Shown here in pieces: positions 29,461 through 39,554 of a DNA stretch of 64,000 nt. The stretch lies in the IMG/VR virus record IMGVR_UViG_3300030098_004409, positions 32,001 to 96,000 of that record, one strand, 5' to 3'. Source of the stretch: a virus. The position numbers were made by a program, and so were the translations under genes. The notes beneath the pieces are model-generated. The model was given only the letters and a program-made list of their open reading frames with translations, was not told where the DNA came from and made no database searches. How positions within the stretch are numbered: the first letter of the stretch is position 1; each line of letters opens with the position of its first letter.

Positions 29461-30221
29461 GTATTATAACCAAAATGTACTTAGATGAAGGAAAGAGTAC
29501 ACATCAAATAGCTGAAGAGCTTGGGACATATCCCAATAAGATTAGACGGGCTTTGGTCTCAAGTGGTATTGAGCTACGGACAAAAAGCGAGTCGCATAAA
29601 AAAGCCCTGAAAACCGGAAGAGCGAAGCACCCCACAAAAGGCAAGAAAAGAACAGAGGAAGTCAAGGAAAAAATCAGTCGCACTATGGAGAAACAGTGGG
29701 CTGGATTGCCCGAAGCAGAAAAGAAACGTAGGAGCGAAATAGGTAAAGAGTCTTGGGAAAGTAAAAGCGAGTCCGAAAAAATTGAGCTGCAGCGAAAAGC
29801 CGCTCACGCGCTTAGAGAGACAATCATTCATGGTTCAAAGCCAGAGAGGTTATTGTATGATAAGCTAGGAGAAAGCGGAAGAGCTGTTGAGCTACATAGG
29901 AAAGGGCTCATTGAGGGTACTAACTATGAAATGGATTTGTACTTACCAGATATAATGACTGTAATTGAAGTTGATGGACCGCAACATTTTAAACCAGTTT
30001 TTGGAGAAAAGGGGTTGCGAGAATACGTCAAGCATGATATAATTAAGAACGGTATTCTCATTAAAAGAGGGTTCTGTGTAATTAGAGTAAAATACCTATG
30101 CACTTCTTATAGTAGGGCTATAGGTAGAAGGTTGTGGGAAGCTGTAGAGCCTGTTGTAGAACAGATTGAAAACAAGTTTCCTCCGAAGAGTAAAAGACTT
30201 ATTGAACTGGAGATTTCTTAA
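29451..30221 (+). CDS. HTH + NUMOD3-like + Vsr/DUF559-like endonuclease (probable free-standing homing endonuclease)
   Basis: KSTHQIAEELG HTH, KGKKRTEEVKEKIS, SKPE, DLYLP...IEVDGPQH. Confidence 0.7.
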   Translation: MDISIITKMYLDEGKSTHQIAEELGTYPNKIRRALVSSGIELRTKSESHKKALKTGRAKHPTKGKKRTEEVKEKISRTMEKQWAGLPEAEKKRRSEIGKESWESKSESEKIELQRKAAHALRETIIHGSKPERLLYDKLGESGRAVELHRKGLIEGTNYEMDLYLPDIMTVIEVDGPQHFKPVFGEKGLREYVKHDIIKNGILIKRGFCVIRVKYLCTSYSRAIGRRLWEAVEPVVEQIENKFPPKSKRLIELEIS

Positions 30222-31006
30222 TGCAAGACCAAATTGATTTAGAATTGTTTGACGCTGAAAGTATGACCGAAGATGATGTACTTTTAGTTCCTAAGCAAGA
30301 AGAACAAGACCAAAACATTCCTGAGTATGCGTCTCCAGAATGGAACAAATACGTCATGGAGCATTTTAGGTCTGATGAATTAATCGACGGAAATCCTATT
30401 TGTGCAGGGCTGCGGAGAGTAGCAGGATTGTTACTAGGGGAGATTATAGAATCTGGCCCCGACAAGGTATTCCCAGCCACAGATGGAAACGGACCCGGAC
30501 GAGCCACTGTTGTATATCAAGTGGTAGTGAACTGGATGAATAGCGGCTCAGTTCGGGTTTTTAAGGAAGTTGCCGATGTATGGCATGGTAACACAGATGA
30601 TCTATTTTGTGCTCATCCTGTTGCTACTGCTAGCACTCGTGCGGAAGGACGCGCTTTACGTAAAGCTTTAGGTATTAGATGTTTAGCTGCTGAAGAATTA
30701 GCAAGAAAAGACATCGTATCTATTGTCCAGCAAAGCGTAAAAAAGGATAACCCCATCAGCGGAGAATGGGACGAAGCAGCTATGATTAGCTCTTCACAAA
30801 TTAATTTTATTGATAATAAATGCAGACAGTTAGATATTAATGTTGTGGAATTTATCAACTCTGGAGAAGGAGCCTATGACTCAATCGAAGAAGTTGAGAA
30901 GAGCAAAGCCTCCGCAATGCTCGGTGTTCTTAACAAATATCAAACTAAGCAAAGCGAGATGCCGGAAGGTATCATGGGTTATAACAAGAATTGGAGAAAT
31001 GCGTAA
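30221..31006 (+). CDS. Hypothetical protein, possible ssDNA-annealing (Rad52/Erf-like) protein
   Basis: ATASTRAEGRALRKALG helix and C-terminal ISSSQINFI motif resemble phage SSAP architecture; weak. Confidence 0.4.
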   Translation: MQDQIDLELFDAESMTEDDVLLVPKQEEQDQNIPEYASPEWNKYVMEHFRSDELIDGNPICAGLRRVAGLLLGEIIESGPDKVFPATDGNGPGRATVVYQVVVNWMNSGSVRVFKEVADVWHGNTDDLFCAHPVATASTRAEGRALRKALGIRCLAAEELARKDIVSIVQQSVKKDNPISGEWDEAAMISSSQINFIDNKCRQLDINVVEFINSGEGAYDSIEEVEKSKASAMLGVLNKYQTKQSEMPEGIMGYNKNWRNA

Positions 31007-31335
31007 TGAAAGTTCAATTAAATGCTGGTAAATTAAACGTAGCTTTTGAAGGCGAAACTGTCCGTGAATTATGGAAACAGATTGCTATATTTCAAGAGGT
31101 GTTTGGTGAAACTACATGTGGCAAATGTGGCTCAGAGAATCTCAGATTCGTTGTAAGAGAAAACGACGGAAACGAATACTATGAGCTTCGCTGTATGGAT
31201 TGTGGAGCTAAGCTATCGTTTGGCGCCAACAAGAAGGGTGGAGGTTTGTTCCCTAAACGTAAGGACGCCGATGGAAATTGGCTACCTGACGGTGGGTGGC
31301 AAAGATGGAACCCTAAAACGAAATCCCTTGAATAA
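31006..31335 (+). CDS. Zinc-ribbon hypothetical protein
   Basis: CGKC...CMDC; TAATG coupling to the upstream gene. Confidence 0.65.
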   Translation: MKVQLNAGKLNVAFEGETVRELWKQIAIFQEVFGETTCGKCGSENLRFVVRENDGNEYYELRCMDCGAKLSFGANKKGGGLFPKRKDADGNWLPDGGWQRWNPKTKSLE

Positions 31336-31354
31336 GGGTGCTCCGGTTAAGGCG

Positions 31355-31389
31355 ACCTCGCTCAGGGATACTTGGGCGAGGTTTCTTTA
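31355..31389 (+). terminator. Intrinsic terminator for the plus arm
   Basis: 12-bp stem ACCTCGCTCAGG / CTTGGGCGAGGT (two G-U pairs), GATA loop, then TTCTTT. Confidence 0.7.
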
Positions 31390-31395
31390 TGGCAT

Positions 31396-31428
31396 AAATA
31401 AAGCCCCGCGATTAAGCAGGGCTTTTTT
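31396..31428 (-). terminator. Intrinsic terminator for the minus arm (possibly bidirectional)
   Basis: The minus strand reads AAAGCCCTGC-TTAATC-GCGGGGCTTT followed by ATTT, with A/T tracts on both sides; lies between convergent arms. Confidence 0.7.
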
Positions 31429-31451
31429 AATGGACTTAAAGGCTCAAGTCT

Positions 31452-32390
31452 TTATAGGTACTCTAGAGATACATACAGTCCATATGATGTTTTTGACCCA
31501 ATACTTAATGGAGAAGCGGAGAGAGCTGCATACCAAGTATGTCTCAAAGCTAGCCCAGTTCCACCAAAAGTATTAGTAGTAGTCTTTGTTCCTAAGTTAG
31601 GAGTACCGCCAGCGAAGTCATCCCTGTAGCTATTATCATAGTACTGTAACCACTTAGGCTGAACAGCAGCAACGTCAGTATTAACACTATTTACAAAGTG
31701 TCCACCACTTCCGGGTGAATTAAACAGAGGAACAACTACGCCAGTACCACCGACAGTTTCGGTATCACCGGTAACAGATCCAAGTCTTTCGTCGCCATTG
31801 CCTTGACCTGCAGTAGCTTCTGTCTGAGTAAAGTTTGTGAACTTGACACCAGAAGAGTTGGTGTAGAAGTCTTGTGCGGCTCTCCAAGTACCAGCGTCTG
31901 GCCAAGGTGATCCCCACCAGAACATGTCTCCAGAACCATAGAAGTTACTATTCATGGCTACGTTGTCAGAGCCATTGCTTGATTCCCAAGCATCAGTTGT
32001 CTTGCCGTCAAAGTTTACGATTTCGGCAACCTTTGTCACAACACCCGAGGCAGGATAATTAATATTCTCTCTATCGTAGATTCTTAACTGACAGTTTTGA
32101 ACATTAACATGACTAGTATGATCAAAGTTAATATGAAATGTTCTGTTACCAGAATTAAGCTTTGTGAGTGGAATGCCTGAGCCAATCGCGCTAGAAATTC
32201 CAGATCCGGGACTTGCGAACTTAACATTAGTAGCTGCGGGACCTTGAGATGTTCCAGCTGCATTTGTTACAAATGTACTATCTTGAAAGGACCCAATCTG
32301 GACGGATGAGCCAAACGTAGCTCCATAAAATCCGAGTCCAGAACCAGCAATGTTTTGCTGTGATCCTATACCAAATGTGATTTCTGCCAT
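31452..32390 (-). CDS. Putative virion structural protein (Gly/Ser/Thr-rich, beta-rich)
   Basis: Strong RBS AAGGAG; last gene of the structural arm; composition typical of tail/decoration proteins. Confidence 0.55.
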   Translation of the reverse strand: MAEITFGIGSQQNIAGSGLGFYGATFGSSVQIGSFQDSTFVTNAAGTSQGPAATNVKFASPGSGISSAIGSGIPLTKLNSGNRTFHINFDHTSHVNVQNCQLRIYDRENINYPASGVVTKVAEIVNFDGKTTDAWESSNGSDNVAMNSNFYGSGDMFWWGSPWPDAGTWRAAQDFYTNSSGVKFTNFTQTEATAGQGNGDERLGSVTGDTETVGGTGVVVPLFNSPGSGGHFVNSVNTDVAAVQPKWLQYYDNSYRDDFAGGTPNLGTKTTTNTFGGTGLALRHTWYAALSASPLSIGSKTSYGLYVSLEYL

Positions 32391-32471
32391 TATAAATTCT
32401 CCTTTATTGTATCTGAGAGTACCTTATGTTATATAATACACAAAAGAGCACTCATTGAGTTAAATTTTATG

Positions 32472-32894
32472 TTATTTTCCACCACAACCACCACATTTTC
32501 CAGTGCCTGTGTTATATACGCCCCATTTATCCAACGGGCATTTCTCAGAAGCCCAGCCTGCTTTCATCTTAACAAAGCATCCACAGGCGCGACATCTATC
32601 ATCTTGAAGATAATCACAGCTATTACAGGTACTCATTCTACTTTCGTATATATCATGAGGGACTTTCTTTGCCCCATTAGCTACGTGTTTAACAAAAGCA
32701 TCGCCAAGATTTTTTGCTTGCTGCAACAAAGAGGGCATCTCTTGAGGTTTTTCTTCGGGTTCAACCTGCTGAGCTTCGACTGGAGCTTCTGTTGAATCTT
32801 GAGGCTCATCAAAATAGTGAACAAAGCCACAATGACAAGCACATCCATTTGATATGCAGGGAAATATGGAGCCGCATTTTTGACATTTAAGCAT
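32472..32894 (-). CDS. Small Cys-rich metal-binding protein (DUF6171-like C-terminus)
   Basis: CQKC, CACHCG, R..TCNSC......CRACGC...K.......CP..KW, terminal CGGC. Confidence 0.6.
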   Translation of the reverse strand: MLKCQKCGSIFPCISNGCACHCGFVHYFDEPQDSTEAPVEAQQVEPEEKPQEMPSLLQQAKNLGDAFVKHVANGAKKVPHDIYESRMSTCNSCDYLQDDRCRACGCFVKMKAGWASEKCPLDKWGVYNTGTGKCGGCGGK

Positions 32895-32895
32895 T

Positions 32896-35800
32896 TTATT
32901 GTTCTCCTCTTCCTAATGTAATCTTTACTGGTATTTCACCTATCTGTAAACTCTGTTTATTTAAGCCGAGTTTGAATTTTATTTGTGTCTTGCTGGGCTG
33001 GGGATAAAAAATTCTTGCGCCATTAAATGCGCTCCTACTGGTACTGCCCAACCACGGCGGGTATATTGACTTTGGAAGCGGCGTCCTATCAAAATTTTCT
33101 CCATACCGTCGTTGGCCTGTACTGTATGGATCGCCCGGTGTTATCGGAGGCTGGGGCTTACCTTTATAGACATAACCTTGTATGGGGTAGAGTCCAATAT
33201 AAGTATACCACAAATACCCTTTATCAAGTGGCCTCCATAATTCTCCTCTATTTACTACGTCATCTGGAATCGGGTCGCATTTTCTTATAAAAAAAGTACT
33301 TCCGGGAAAAAACGGCTCATCTCTACATACTCTGTTATATCCGCTACCATCTTGCTTAGACATTTCCGGGACACATCCCTTGCATTTCGGCCCTTGTAAC
33401 CTGAGAAATAAAGCAAGAGGGCTGCTGCCACTAAGCGAAGCACTACCACCTTCACAGTCAGCCTTCCAACAAGTAGAACAGCTATATCCAACCGGACCTC
33501 CAAGGACTGGGGGCCTCGGAGGTATCGACATACCCCAGCTATCTACGGTGGGGAAGTTATATATATATGTTTCTCCGGTTGACCTCCCCCACGGCTTATC
33601 TGGGATATCACCCCATTTGCCGTCGCAGCCAAAAGAACCTTGACCGCAAATATGCATTACTGGATCTGTAAAATCCTCATCAGTGAGCTGGCCGGGCATC
33701 GGGACGATACGACCGAAGATGTTTCTTTCGGTAGGTATCTGTTTGTTTAAAAAGCGAACCTTAAAAGTCTCAATATGACTAATGTTAATACATTGGTTTC
33801 CTTCGTCATCATATATAACCGAACGAAGTCCCTCCACGAGTTCGTAATAATCAATTCCAACCCCATCAAATTTTACGGTACAATCATCTAGAACTCTCTG
33901 TCCTTCATCAAATCTTGGTGGATAATAATCAGTACATATAATTCTAGCCTCACCAGTTTCTGTGGCTAATAGAGTTTCATTAAGTAAAGGATCTTTGGTT
34001 GGACATCCTTCTTCAATGGCCTCCGGCAGTGGCACAAACTTATTCTGAAAGGAGCCATCAATAAAACTAGATTCAAATACTTTATCTATATCTCCTGCTA
34101 CAATAGAACCATCGTATCCAGCTCTCGTCTTGTTTGCCCCATCCGGCGTGTATAATATTCCTCTTCTCCGGGTCTCAGACGAGACGCCGATCCACTCGTT
34201 CAAATAATCCTCACCCGCCTCACATTTTATATCATATGCATACGCAGATAAATTTGATCTCCATATGTCGTCAGCATATTTATTAACGTTTATGTTGCCA
34301 CTGTATCTCGGATCAACTGAGGTCCATGCTTTAATACATTCTTCCAGCCCGCTAATACTTGTACCAAATTGAAAACCGCCGACAGCAAAACCGTCAGGCA
34401 CACCGCCTGCAATAGCCACATCAAAAACTTCTTGGTGAATCTCAGTAAAATCTAGCTCATATACGTCATTATCCTCTGCTCCGTTGTCGTTTGAGTAATG
34501 GCTCAAAGGTGCGGTATAAAAGGTAACTGCCGCTAAAAATGCTTCCTGTGGCTGAAACTGAAGAGATGAGCCCCCTCCATAGCCGCCCATAGTACCCATG
34601 CCCAAAGCGCTTGATGTTGTTACTGTAGTAGTAGTTGGTACGTAACTGTTGTCCCCGAAATACCTATCATTGTCTAGAACAAGTACATCGTCATTAGCGT
34701 TGGATATAAGCTCCGCATGAGAGCTCTCCCCATTAAGGTCTATCGTACTGTTTAACACACTCTTCTGCCTATTTAGGTTGCCATAGCCTAGCAAAATCCG
34801 GGAGCTTGCATGAAAAGATCTGCCAACAATATTAATCGGAGCCCCTTTTTTGGTTTTTCTGGAATGGTTTAGAAAATCTGGATAGGATTGACGAAACTTT
34901 TTCGAGCCTTTAGTAGCTTCAGTATATGAATTTGTCCCAAAAGCCATATAAACTGCACTGTCGCAACTAACATTCATTCTGCCTTCAAGATACTTACTAA
35001 ACACATCTCTTGCGTTACCATCAGGGTCTGAGATCGCATGTACTTTTGTCCCGCCTGTATATTTACTAACAGTTCTATAGGCCGTAGTTTTAAAGTCAGC
35101 TAGGGCATCTGTAATATTATCATATATGTTCTTCTTCTGCACATCAGAGAAATCGTCATCAAAGGCATTATTAAAAACAATAAAAGATCCACCTCCAAGT
35201 GATGAAACTGTGGGATTACCTGAAACAGGCCCTTCTCCCAGCTTTGGAAGAGGAGGGGTTTGGTTTCCAGTGCCCCTGCCCCCCAGTGGGCCAGATAGTG
35301 GCACTGAAGTGATTCGATCCTTATGCTCCATAGGTGTAAAGGGAAACTGAAGCAAATAATTAGCGAAGGGCTTAGGGACTTCAGGAGTGGCTTGCTGACT
35401 ACCTACCGAACCCGCACCCATATAAGGGACGCCCATGCCCCATCCTCCCCACCGGTTTTGGGGCTTTGGTCTTGTGTCTAACCAGTCTCCGCTAAGACTA
35501 GCTGGGTTTGTGCTAAGTGGATCGACGATAGTATAATAAACATCGCCCCCGCTACTAGTACCTCTCTGAAACGGATGGGTTCCGGGACTAACAACTGTGG
35601 TTTTAAACACCTTTCCTACTTTGACGAGATATGTTTTTCTCATCATGCCAATGTTCTTTTTCTCCTCGTTGTTATCAAAATGCCTACCATTGATTCCAGT
35701 GAAAGGATCGTATGAAACACCAAACTTATGTGGATGCTCAGATCGAGTGGATATTGAGGGATCAGGGCAATCTGACTTTAGCAAAAAATGCACAACTTCT

Positions 35801-36639
35801 TGTTTTCTTGATTCTGACTGCGATCCGGAAACAGCAGAGTCGCCAACGGGATTCTCAACCTCATAGTACTTACCAGCAGTAGATGGGGCGCGCTGAACTT
35901 CAAGCTCGCCACACACAGGAAAGGTCACAATCACCTCTTGTTTGGCATAAACTGCTAGCTCTTCTATGGTCGTATAGCTATCAGCAAGGTTAAAATCCCA
36001 AATACCTACAACAGCATCATTTGTTGCATAATTACGCGTTTGTCCACACCCCTCATAATAGTCTACATGGTCTGTGTTGGTTATACGTTTGTATACCCAT
36101 GTATGCATTTTTTCCAGCCATTCATCAGCAATCTCATCATCCTCCTGATCCCATCTTTGCGCGAAATGTGTTGCGTCTGGTCTAAGATCGCCAGTAAAGT
36201 ACTCATACCAATAATCTCGGTTTCGTTTAGATAGCTCTGCATCGACACCGGGCGGATTTAAGCTACGTCCAGAACTACTAACGGTCATACTAGTATTTGC
36301 GTCAGTGTAACCAACACGTATATCTCCAATTCTGACTTTTCTAGAAACTGCAATGGTGACAATATCGTCTGGATCTACTGAACCTCTTATTTCAAAAGCA
36401 GGAAAATTATTCGTCCTTTCTAATAGGGTGCCGCTTCCAAAGTCAGTATGTCCGTCGATGCCATGAAGTATAGTCTCCGGCATAGCGTTTGTAGCGACGG
36501 ACTTATCTTCAATAAAAAATCCTTGTCCGAATTTATATACCAATCTTATTATCTCGTCGGTGCACCCACTCTTACAGGATAGACAAGGACCCAGAAAGTC
36601 CAAGGGTCTTACGCCTGTATCTACAATCCGTTCTTCCAT
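32896..36639 (-). CDS. Large putative tail-tip/fibre protein (1247 aa)
   Basis: GAGGAGG RBS; position in the tail cluster; Cys cluster at the N-terminus; no catalytic motif recognised. Confidence 0.5.
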   Translation of the reverse strand: MEERIVDTGVRPLDFLGPCLSCKSGCTDEIIRLVYKFGQGFFIEDKSVATNAMPETILHGIDGHTDFGSGTLLERTNNFPAFEIRGSVDPDDIVTIAVSRKVRIGDIRVGYTDANTSMTVSSSGRSLNPPGVDAELSKRNRDYWYEYFTGDLRPDATHFAQRWDQEDDEIADEWLEKMHTWVYKRITNTDHVDYYEGCGQTRNYATNDAVVGIWDFNLADSYTTIEELAVYAKQEVIVTFPVCGELEVQRAPSTAGKYYEVENPVGDSAVSGSQSESRKQEVVHFLLKSDCPDPSISTRSEHPHKFGVSYDPFTGINGRHFDNNEEKKNIGMMRKTYLVKVGKVFKTTVVSPGTHPFQRGTSSGGDVYYTIVDPLSTNPASLSGDWLDTRPKPQNRWGGWGMGVPYMGAGSVGSQQATPEVPKPFANYLLQFPFTPMEHKDRITSVPLSGPLGGRGTGNQTPPLPKLGEGPVSGNPTVSSLGGGSFIVFNNAFDDDFSDVQKKNIYDNITDALADFKTTAYRTVSKYTGGTKVHAISDPDGNARDVFSKYLEGRMNVSCDSAVYMAFGTNSYTEATKGSKKFRQSYPDFLNHSRKTKKGAPINIVGRSFHASSRILLGYGNLNRQKSVLNSTIDLNGESSHAELISNANDDVLVLDNDRYFGDNSYVPTTTTVTTSSALGMGTMGGYGGGSSLQFQPQEAFLAAVTFYTAPLSHYSNDNGAEDNDVYELDFTEIHQEVFDVAIAGGVPDGFAVGGFQFGTSISGLEECIKAWTSVDPRYSGNINVNKYADDIWRSNLSAYAYDIKCEAGEDYLNEWIGVSSETRRRGILYTPDGANKTRAGYDGSIVAGDIDKVFESSFIDGSFQNKFVPLPEAIEEGCPTKDPLLNETLLATETGEARIICTDYYPPRFDEGQRVLDDCTVKFDGVGIDYYELVEGLRSVIYDDEGNQCINISHIETFKVRFLNKQIPTERNIFGRIVPMPGQLTDEDFTDPVMHICGQGSFGCDGKWGDIPDKPWGRSTGETYIYNFPTVDSWGMSIPPRPPVLGGPVGYSCSTCWKADCEGGSASLSGSSPLALFLRLQGPKCKGCVPEMSKQDGSGYNRVCRDEPFFPGSTFFIRKCDPIPDDVVNRGELWRPLDKGYLWYTYIGLYPIQGYVYKGKPQPPITPGDPYSTGQRRYGENFDRTPLPKSIYPPWLGSTSRSAFNGARIFYPQPSKTQIKFKLGLNKQSLQIGEIPVKITLGRGEQ

Positions 36640-39548
36640 TGCTGAACCTCCTCTAGCTGAAATTTTAACTTTATATTAGAGCCTACAAAATATCCAGTAG
36701 CTGGTTTTTGATTATTTGTGTACTCAACTGTTTCAAAAACATCTTCAAGAAACTCTGTGTTTTCCTCAAAAAATCTTTTTATCTCAGTAAATTTAACGTC
36801 TCCGACACGATCAGCAAACGATAACCTAAACCCATCCTCTAAGGGGAAAAGCTTTTCGGGAAAACGCTTAGGTTCGGGCGGAGGGGAGTATCCAGATCCT
36901 TGTAGCTCTTCCTTATTTGCACGAGTATCAGTAAACCTTATAGGAGATACGCCGATAAATCCATCTGGCAGAACATGCGGTGGGTCATCTGCAAGTTCAA
37001 TCTTAGCTTCTTCATTGCCGTCTAGTTCTATTAAGCTATAATATTTGGTATCTTCAATAAACTTCCACTCTATATTTTTACTAAGAGTTAGGTGTACCGG
37101 ATTACCCTCATCAAAACCTATCGGGCCAGCAATTTCGTCTCCAAAATTATCAACATCTATATCGCCATTAACTATGTCTATTTGATTTACTTTATACTTG
37201 AACGGGTTGGCAAAATCTCCGCTTAAATATCTTAGTTGTAGATAGTACGCTCTTCCCGTGAGAGCATAATAGTATTTATCTTTTACTAACTCTACATCTT
37301 GAATTGAAACTCCGTCTTCAGTGTCTAAGTCTATAATATGTGGCTGCAGCAAAGCGTTCGTTTCGACTATCTTTGTAATTTCAGAAATGTCATCAGAACC
37401 TACTGGGTAATAAACCTTGTCCCCAACACTTGGTGTTAGTGTGTCAAAAAACGGCTGAGGGTTCTCCATGGCCTCTTTTGCATTGCGATTTCTTCTAAAA
37501 CTGACAACGAGAACCTTGTCAACATATTCAATTTTCTCTTCATCATCTGCTGGGTTTGAGACGGTATACTTTCTAAACGTGCTTACAGTCCCGTCTTCGT
37601 CTTCAAAATCTCCGGGCCAGCCTTCTGGAGGGTCTTGTATAGGTATTGCTCCATCTAACTTGTCGTCTTTAGCGATCATACTTTGCGGATACAGTAAGTC
37701 ACCAGCCTTAAACTTACTATCTGTATACTTAAAGTATGGAGTCCAGCGACCCTCGTAAGTGATATGGAAATCCGAAAGTGAATGACCGCCACCGCCCATT
37801 GTGTACGGGAATATAGCCTTACTCTTTCCATTTCTAGCAGAGCTACGAGACATATCATCTACAAAAATAAACGTATCCTCAGAAGCCGTTATTCTCTTTT
37901 CCCTAAGTTCTGCCGGTGGAATTTGACATGCCTCATCGTCAGGCTGAAGGTCTTTTTCGTCAGCATACTCTTTAAGTTTAGGCCATCTATTATCTTTGAG
38001 CCAACATACACTAGCAATTTTTTTTATGTTTTCTTCCGGAGTGCTCGTTTTCCCGTCTTCATATCCAAAAACTATGTCATCAGCTGTAGGATTTGTATTT
38101 CTAGGATTACCTATCCAATATCTAGAAAGTTCATCAGGTGTAACATCCCTCCCAATAGAGTTTTCATCTGGAAATGGGTTAAACACTATGAAGTCTCTAG
38201 ATGTAACCTGTATCTTATTAAAAATTTCTGGACTAGCATGAAACCAAGTTAATTCCTTATCTCCCTTTGCCTCATCTTTATTTTCTAGTTCATCTCTGCC
38301 ATTGCCGTGTCCATCTTTAATTGTATATTTTTCATCATCATCGACACTTTTATAGTCTCCATTGCCCTCGTTAAAATAATGCGCGAAACCTCCGGTAGGA
38401 GCTCCAAAAGTTCCAAGGCCATCGCTGAAGGCGATATTCTCATACTGAACATTCCCAATAGCAAAGAAAGGGTAAGTAAGGCAATAGCCCACTCTAGCAT
38501 AATCTAAAAGCGCTTGTCTAGCTACAAAATTAACCTTCTGGCCATAGAAGTAATTAGTCAGGGGTAGATAAATTCTATGTATGGTTGGAAAATATGAAGT
38601 GTCCATAGGGGCACCATTACCAAAGAGATTAAACTCAGTCTTATAAACTATAGTATTCAACTCATTAAATATTTCTTCGCCATTATAGAAAATTTGTGTA
38701 GTCCACTCTACCACAAAATCTTTTATTTCAATTTGATAATTTAACGGCTGAATATCGTTCATGTAGGCGTAAAACTGAGTGTATGGAACGCCCGGTTTTT
38801 GCCACCTATTATTGGGATCACCTCCTTCAATATAATTCCACTTCTTATCAATCTCAGTCTTTATAGACATAGTTACTTGCTCCAGATCGCCATCTTCATC
38901 GAATGAAGAAACATAACGATACCTTTGGAGTGCGGATTGTTCCATGTCGGGATCAGGTACATATTGTCCTGATGTTAATATTTCATCCATATGGACATAT
39001 GAATCGTCATCATCTTTTTTTAGGCTGGCAACGTTAAGAATGTCAGCTTTAACTCCGTTTATATATCTTTTATACGAAGTGTTTTTAGACAAGCGCCTAA
39101 CAATCCTTATATTCGTGCCTTCGGGATCTCCTAGTATAGCGTCCCAAGTTTTGGGTATATGAAAACCGACATCTTCATCGACCATAAACTGATTGTTGAG
39201 ATAATCTGAAAAATCCCTCCACTCTGGATAATGCCTTAAATAACTTGTATCCTCGGGTACTGCGGGCTCCTGATCAGGATCATAGAACACTGCCCCCCAG
39301 AACCAACTACATAGGTCTGATCGATACTCGCCTCGATCTGGTTTGGTAATTTCGTAACGTATTTCTTCCAGATCCAACATCCCAGCCCACTGATTGTTGT
39401 CTACTAAATGCTTTACATAATCTGACCTAGACAAGAATTCTCCGCCAACCTTGTAGGACACTTTGTAGTCATCTTTTGTGCACGATATTTTTTTTTCGAT
39501 AACGCTGGGCGCGCAGCAGCAAGATCCGTTTCCATGTCTGCCTGACAT
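36621..39548 (-). CDS. Large putative tail protein with N-terminal CCC motif (975 aa)
   Basis: MSGRHGNGSCCC start; acidic and aromatic-rich; position in the tail cluster. Confidence 0.5.
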   Translation of the reverse strand: MSGRHGNGSCCCAPSVIEKKISCTKDDYKVSYKVGGEFLSRSDYVKHLVDNNQWAGMLDLEEIRYEITKPDRGEYRSDLCSWFWGAVFYDPDQEPAVPEDTSYLRHYPEWRDFSDYLNNQFMVDEDVGFHIPKTWDAILGDPEGTNIRIVRRLSKNTSYKRYINGVKADILNVASLKKDDDDSYVHMDEILTSGQYVPDPDMEQSALQRYRYVSSFDEDGDLEQVTMSIKTEIDKKWNYIEGGDPNNRWQKPGVPYTQFYAYMNDIQPLNYQIEIKDFVVEWTTQIFYNGEEIFNELNTIVYKTEFNLFGNGAPMDTSYFPTIHRIYLPLTNYFYGQKVNFVARQALLDYARVGYCLTYPFFAIGNVQYENIAFSDGLGTFGAPTGGFAHYFNEGNGDYKSVDDDEKYTIKDGHGNGRDELENKDEAKGDKELTWFHASPEIFNKIQVTSRDFIVFNPFPDENSIGRDVTPDELSRYWIGNPRNTNPTADDIVFGYEDGKTSTPEENIKKIASVCWLKDNRWPKLKEYADEKDLQPDDEACQIPPAELREKRITASEDTFIFVDDMSRSSARNGKSKAIFPYTMGGGGHSLSDFHITYEGRWTPYFKYTDSKFKAGDLLYPQSMIAKDDKLDGAIPIQDPPEGWPGDFEDEDGTVSTFRKYTVSNPADDEEKIEYVDKVLVVSFRRNRNAKEAMENPQPFFDTLTPSVGDKVYYPVGSDDISEITKIVETNALLQPHIIDLDTEDGVSIQDVELVKDKYYYALTGRAYYLQLRYLSGDFANPFKYKVNQIDIVNGDIDVDNFGDEIAGPIGFDEGNPVHLTLSKNIEWKFIEDTKYYSLIELDGNEEAKIELADDPPHVLPDGFIGVSPIRFTDTRANKEELQGSGYSPPPEPKRFPEKLFPLEDGFRLSFADRVGDVKFTEIKRFFEENTEFLEDVFETVEYTNNQKPATGYFVGSNIKLKFQLEEVQQWKNGL

Positions 39549-39554
39549 AATATA

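Noticed and set aside
31181-31576. 131-aa plus-strand ORF
   Set aside because: Overlaps two better-supported genes and runs through both terminators.
32430-32460. TGTGTATTATATA plus ACTCA-T-TGAGT palindrome upstream of the 312-aa gene as a phage late promoter
   Set aside because: Only one intergenic instance, and similar GTGTAT words occur inside coding regions on both strands; cannot be supported without the whole genome.
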